Part shown: positions 60,844 to 64,000 of the stretch, piece by piece
Layout of the letters: each line of letters opens with the position of its first letter
Position numbering within the stretch: position 1 is the stretch's first letter
Source of the DNA: an uncultured Candidatus Saccharibacteria bacterium
GTDB taxonomy: Bacteria; Patescibacteriota; Minisyncoccia; Portnoybacterales; UBA2143
DNA length: 64,000 nucleotides
NCBI GenBank assembly: GCA_964403725.1
Contig: CAYOHI010000005.1
Location: 3,368 to 67,367 of the forward strand
Direction of reading: 5' to 3'
Position numbers and translations under genes: made by a program
Notes under the pieces: generated by a model
The model's database searches: none
Told to the model about the DNA's origin: nothing
The model's input: only the letters and a program-made list of their open reading frames with translations

Positions 60844-61911
60844 CTACTTGTACTTCTTCCTCTTCTTTTTCTTCTTCATGACTACATGCAGTGGAAAGAA
60901 TTCAAAGTAATCACTCTCATCAAACCAGGCGCACTTGAAATGGAAAAGCCGCAAGGATGTCAGGCGGCTCATGGCTAATGCATAAATTGTCAATTGGTCA
61001 ATCGGTTTGACCTTCCTGGCGCTAGGCTTGTAATCCATAATGTGGATTGTTCCGTTTCTGATTTGGATCAGATCGATGTGCCCGGTAACCACTTCTCCTT
61101 CCTTTAAATCCAATGGTACTTGCCAGTTCAATTGATTTTCAAAATGCATTACATCCTCATAATCTAGTAATATTGGCACTTCAGTAGCTACGGTTACCGA
61201 ATCATTGGCCAGCATGAATTCCTGCAGTATCTGATGCCTTAATTTATTGTTGGTTACTGCTTGGATGACAAAGCGGGTAATCTTGTTAGCGCTGTTTTCT
61301 TTCTTGATTATCTTGACCTCATCAGGGTTGAAGAAATCCTTGTACATGGAAGCCCTGTTTTCTGATTCTCTGAATATGTGATGGGGGCATTCAGCTGAAA
61401 CTAGCTCGAGAAATTCCTTAATCTGCCTTAATTTGTAGTGCTTGAAATCTTCTTCTAGGATGCAGTCTGTCTTGGCCCTATGATATTTGAAATCATATAT
61501 CTGGCCGTGCATCAGATGGACTTCGTCAATGATTTCCTTGGGAGAATATTTCTTATTCACAAAATCTCTGATTCTTAAGAATGGCAGGTATTCTCTGTAT
61601 CCTTTAGCCCAGTTAAGGACAGTCTGCTCGCTTAAATCAAATCCATACCTGTCTTTAATCTTAACTATGATATCCTTAGTTGTGAAAAGGCGGTTGTATA
61701 GGGTGATTGTGTCTAGAATAATCCTTAGAGGATATGTTCTGCTTTTAGTAATTTGCGGAGTGAATTTCTTTTGACAGTCTTTGCAGAAATATATTTGGAT
61801 TTCCTCCAGTTTCTTCTTTCTTCTTCCTTTCTTGGTAATATTTTTACCCTGGCAATACGGGCAAGTCTCAACTTTTTTCTCTAATTTTTCATTTTGCTTG
61901 TCTAAAAGCAT
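60844..61911 (-). CDS. Zn-ribbon + HTH + PD-(D/E)XK (RecB/Cas4-like) nuclease
   Basis: CPYC...CKDC..KFT; LSEQTVLNW; ATEVP, GHIDL, MDYKP and QLTIYA motifs. Confidence 0.85.
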   Translation of the reverse strand: MLLDKQNEKLEKKVETCPYCQGKNITKKGRRKKKLEEIQIYFCKDCQKKFTPQITKSRTYPLRIILDTITLYNRLFTTKDIIVKIKDRYGFDLSEQTVLNWAKGYREYLPFLRIRDFVNKKYSPKEIIDEVHLMHGQIYDFKYHRAKTDCILEEDFKHYKLRQIKEFLELVSAECPHHIFRESENRASMYKDFFNPDEVKIIKKENSANKITRFVIQAVTNNKLRHQILQEFMLANDSVTVATEVPILLDYEDVMHFENQLNWQVPLDLKEGEVVTGHIDLIQIRNGTIHIMDYKPSARKVKPIDQLTIYALAMSRLTSLRLFHFKCAWFDESDYFEFFPLHVVMKKKKKRKKYK

Positions 61912-62134
61912 ATTTAGGTCTCACATTTTAGAAAAAAATGTGCTTAATTTATTTAAATTCTTTAAAAAAGGCTTGAAATGCATATATTTGGCTTGGTTAT
62001 GGGGTAAATATTTACATACCCTTATTTTACTGATAGATAAGCCGAGTATTGGAAACCAGGTCCTTGATTCTATTAGTGAAAAGCATCGAATACTATAAAA
62101 TTACAACCACTTTCCACAATGCGAGACCTGGAAA

Positions 62135-64000
62135 TTAAAGAATATCTTCCGTGGTACTGGCAGTTTCTTCAGCTACTGGTTCTTCAATAATTTCTTCTTC
62201 AACCACTGGTTCTTCTATTATTGGTTCAGTAATTTCCTCAATTTCTTTCTCAACAGATTCCTCTATTATTTCCTCTTCGACTGGTTCTTCTGTCGTATCT
62301 TCAATAATGAATATTTCCGTGCTTGTTGAAGTTGGCTCAACTATCGGCTCTTCGATAATTTCTTCTGTTGTTGTAGAAGTTTCTTCTGGATCTTCAATCC
62401 CTTCCAGAATATTATTACACTCCCCTGACCTGGTCATAGGCATACCGTATTCAGTGTATAGGCAATATGGAGTTCCAGTCTTGCTGTCATAGATCGTAAT
62501 TCCGCTCTCGGTAGCTGATTCAGACTTAATCTTAAGATTTTCAGTTTCAATGTATTTAGCCTTAATCTTATCAGCTACCAGGGTTCCTTCTGAATCAACT
62601 CTTAATTCAACTCTTTCTCCATCTTCGTTGATAACTACTACTCCTGTATCTTCTTGAACTTCTGAATCAGGATTAGTTAGATAACCATTAGCTTCTAAGA
62701 CAGCTTTTAATTCATCTACTTCGCTCTTTAGGGCTTTAACACCGGCGATAGCAAAGGTAGCGTAATCGTATAGGGATACTGATTTGCCATTTTCACTTAA
62801 GACTTGTTCTGGTGCTTCTTCAGCGATGACGCCAAGATTAAATCCTTTAGATGAAGTGCCAGTATTATGGGCTTGAGAATTATAGTTAACTACTGGACCT
62901 TGGGCTACATCTTTCTTCCATTTGTATGTAGCTACATCCATATCCTCAATTTCATCTAGAATATCTTCATAATCTTTTTCTTCTAGATATGTAATATCTG
63001 TTTTGTATTCTTTAGATGAATATACCTCCCAACCATCAGCAATGGCATTACCCATTCCTTGTCCAACGGTTAAGACATGAGTTGGACTATTGGTGGCAAT
63101 ACCAAAGTTGCCATTATTTAGAAGCATCATTAATGGACTTGATGAAGAATTATACATAGCCATAGCTGGCGTGTTATCTGTATTATCTGTTTGCATGGAT
63201 AGCTTGGCCATTGGGGTGGTTGTTCCAATGCCAACATTGCCAATTATATCTATTGTCAATGAAGGAGTGGTTGTTGGAGCAGAAGCTAGATCAACTGTTT
63301 CTAAGATTCCTTTAATCCCAGCTAAAGCTACGCCTGCCATGTCTGTAGCTTTAATTCGGGTGTCTTTAGCGCCTAAGCCGAATAGCTTGTAGAAATCCTG
63401 GGCAGTTGGTCCGATATGTTTGACTGTACTGGAACTCATTTCATTGTAATCGCCATCATCAATGAAGTTGTATTGACTGATTGGCATCAATGATAATCTA
63501 TTCAATAATTCATTGTTAGTTAGATTGACGTTAGAACCAGTATCGTACTCGATTGAATTAATAGTTGAGCCGTTGCCAGTCCAGCTGCCTGTTGTGACTG
63601 GATTTAGTGAAATACTATTCAAGTTAATGAAGTTCTCTTTTTTGTTCCTGTCTGATGAATCTGTCCAGCCTGATGTTGTGCCGTAGGTGTCTGAGTCTAG
63701 TTGAATCAAGCGAGTAGGGTTTGTTATACCGATGCCGACGTTGCCGGAGCTGTCCATCGTCATCTTAACGGCATTGTTTATCAACCACTCATTACTTGTA
63801 TCAGTAGTATGGCGAATTGCCCAATTACCATCATCATCTAAAAAACCTATTTTGCCAGCTTCTGCATATACAGAACCATCAGTAGCACCGCCAGAATCAA
63901 TAAATTTAATAAACCCAGCAGAACTAGCGCTATGGAGCTCTATCATCTGGCTATCGCCATCTTGTAGTTTAACGCCACTATGAAATTTAATAGCACTATC
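62135..64000 (-). CDS. Tail-fibre-like surface protein with two peptidase S74 chaperone-like domains and an acidic tail (5' end beyond the window)
   Basis: Frame open to 64000; GNVGIG repeats; SSDRNKKENF...HIGPTAQDF and YSSKEYKTDI...GVIAEE. Confidence 0.85.
   Translation of the reverse strand, partial: DSAIKFHSGVKLQDGDSQMIELHSASSAGFIKFIDSGGATDGSVYAEAGKIGFLDDDGNWAIRHTTDTSNEWLINNAVKMTMDSSGNVGIGITNPTRLIQLDSDTYGTTSGWTDSSDRNKKENFINLNSISLNPVTTGSWTGNGSTINSIEYDTGSNVNLTNNELLNRLSLMPISQYNFIDDGDYNEMSSSTVKHIGPTAQDFYKLFGLGAKDTRIKATDMAGVALAGIKGILETVDLASAPTTTPSLTIDIIGNVGIGTTTPMAKLSMQTDNTDNTPAMAMYNSSSSPLMMLLNNGNFGIATNSPTHVLTVGQGMGNAIADGWEVYSSKEYKTDITYLEEKDYEDILDEIEDMDVATYKWKKDVAQGPVVNYNSQAHNTGTSSKGFNLGVIAEEAPEQVLSENGKSVSLYDYATFAIAGVKALKSEVDELKAVLEANGYLTNPDSEVQEDTGVVVINEDGERVELRVDSEGTLVADKIKAKYIETENLKIKSESATESGITIYDSKTGTPYCLYTEYGMPMTRSGECNNILEGIEDPEETSTTTEEIIEEPIVEPTSTSTEIFIIEDTTEEPVEEEIIEESVEKEIEEITEPIIEEPVVEEEIIEEPVAEETASTTEDIL

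Noticed and set aside
60844-61911. IS1/IS1595 transposase or CRISPR cas4
   Set aside because: No DDE motif or terminal inverted repeats seen; no Fe-S cysteine set around the nuclease domain; no cas genes or repeat-spacer array.
62041-62134. HDV-like ribozyme
   Set aside because: The spacing for P3/L3 is too long and the P1.1 GG is missing.
60291-64000. Diversity-generating retroelement suggested by an Avd-like gene next to a fibre gene
   Set aside because: No reverse transcriptase and no TR/VR repeat pair is visible in the window.

Overview
AT-rich bacterial chromosome segment in genetic code 11 (TGA is used as stop). Gene content points to a Patescibacteria/CPR organism, probably Parcubacteria; this is inference. 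Housekeeping genes include apt, mtnP, tRNA-Gln, dnaX, serS, lysS, greA, mreC-mreD-mrdA, def-fmt, rpsF-ssb-rpsR, recA, ftsK and rpoBC. Accessory content includes a VirD4-like ATPase/membrane-anchored Clp ATPase cluster with large charged ORFans, scattered small SD-led ORFan cassettes, and a toxin-antitoxin-rich island (56-62 kb) next to a tail-fibre-like gene. Four observations stand out. (1) Two unrelated putative RNase genes (NYN at 4.1-4.6 kb, unknown basic protein at 56.2-56.6 kb) each face a tiny convergent structured RNA unit with nearly the same promoter layout, suggesting an RNA-antitoxin system. (2) A 207-nt multi-stem leader RNA with a uORF precedes an O-antigen-ligase/TPR gene. (3) A ~1,424-aa gene is frameshifted at a 7-bp tandem repeat. 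(4) A Zn-ribbon/PD-(D/E)XK nuclease plus four-helix-bundle pair has a possible pseudoknotted element upstream. All family assignments come from motif recognition by eye; no searches were run.
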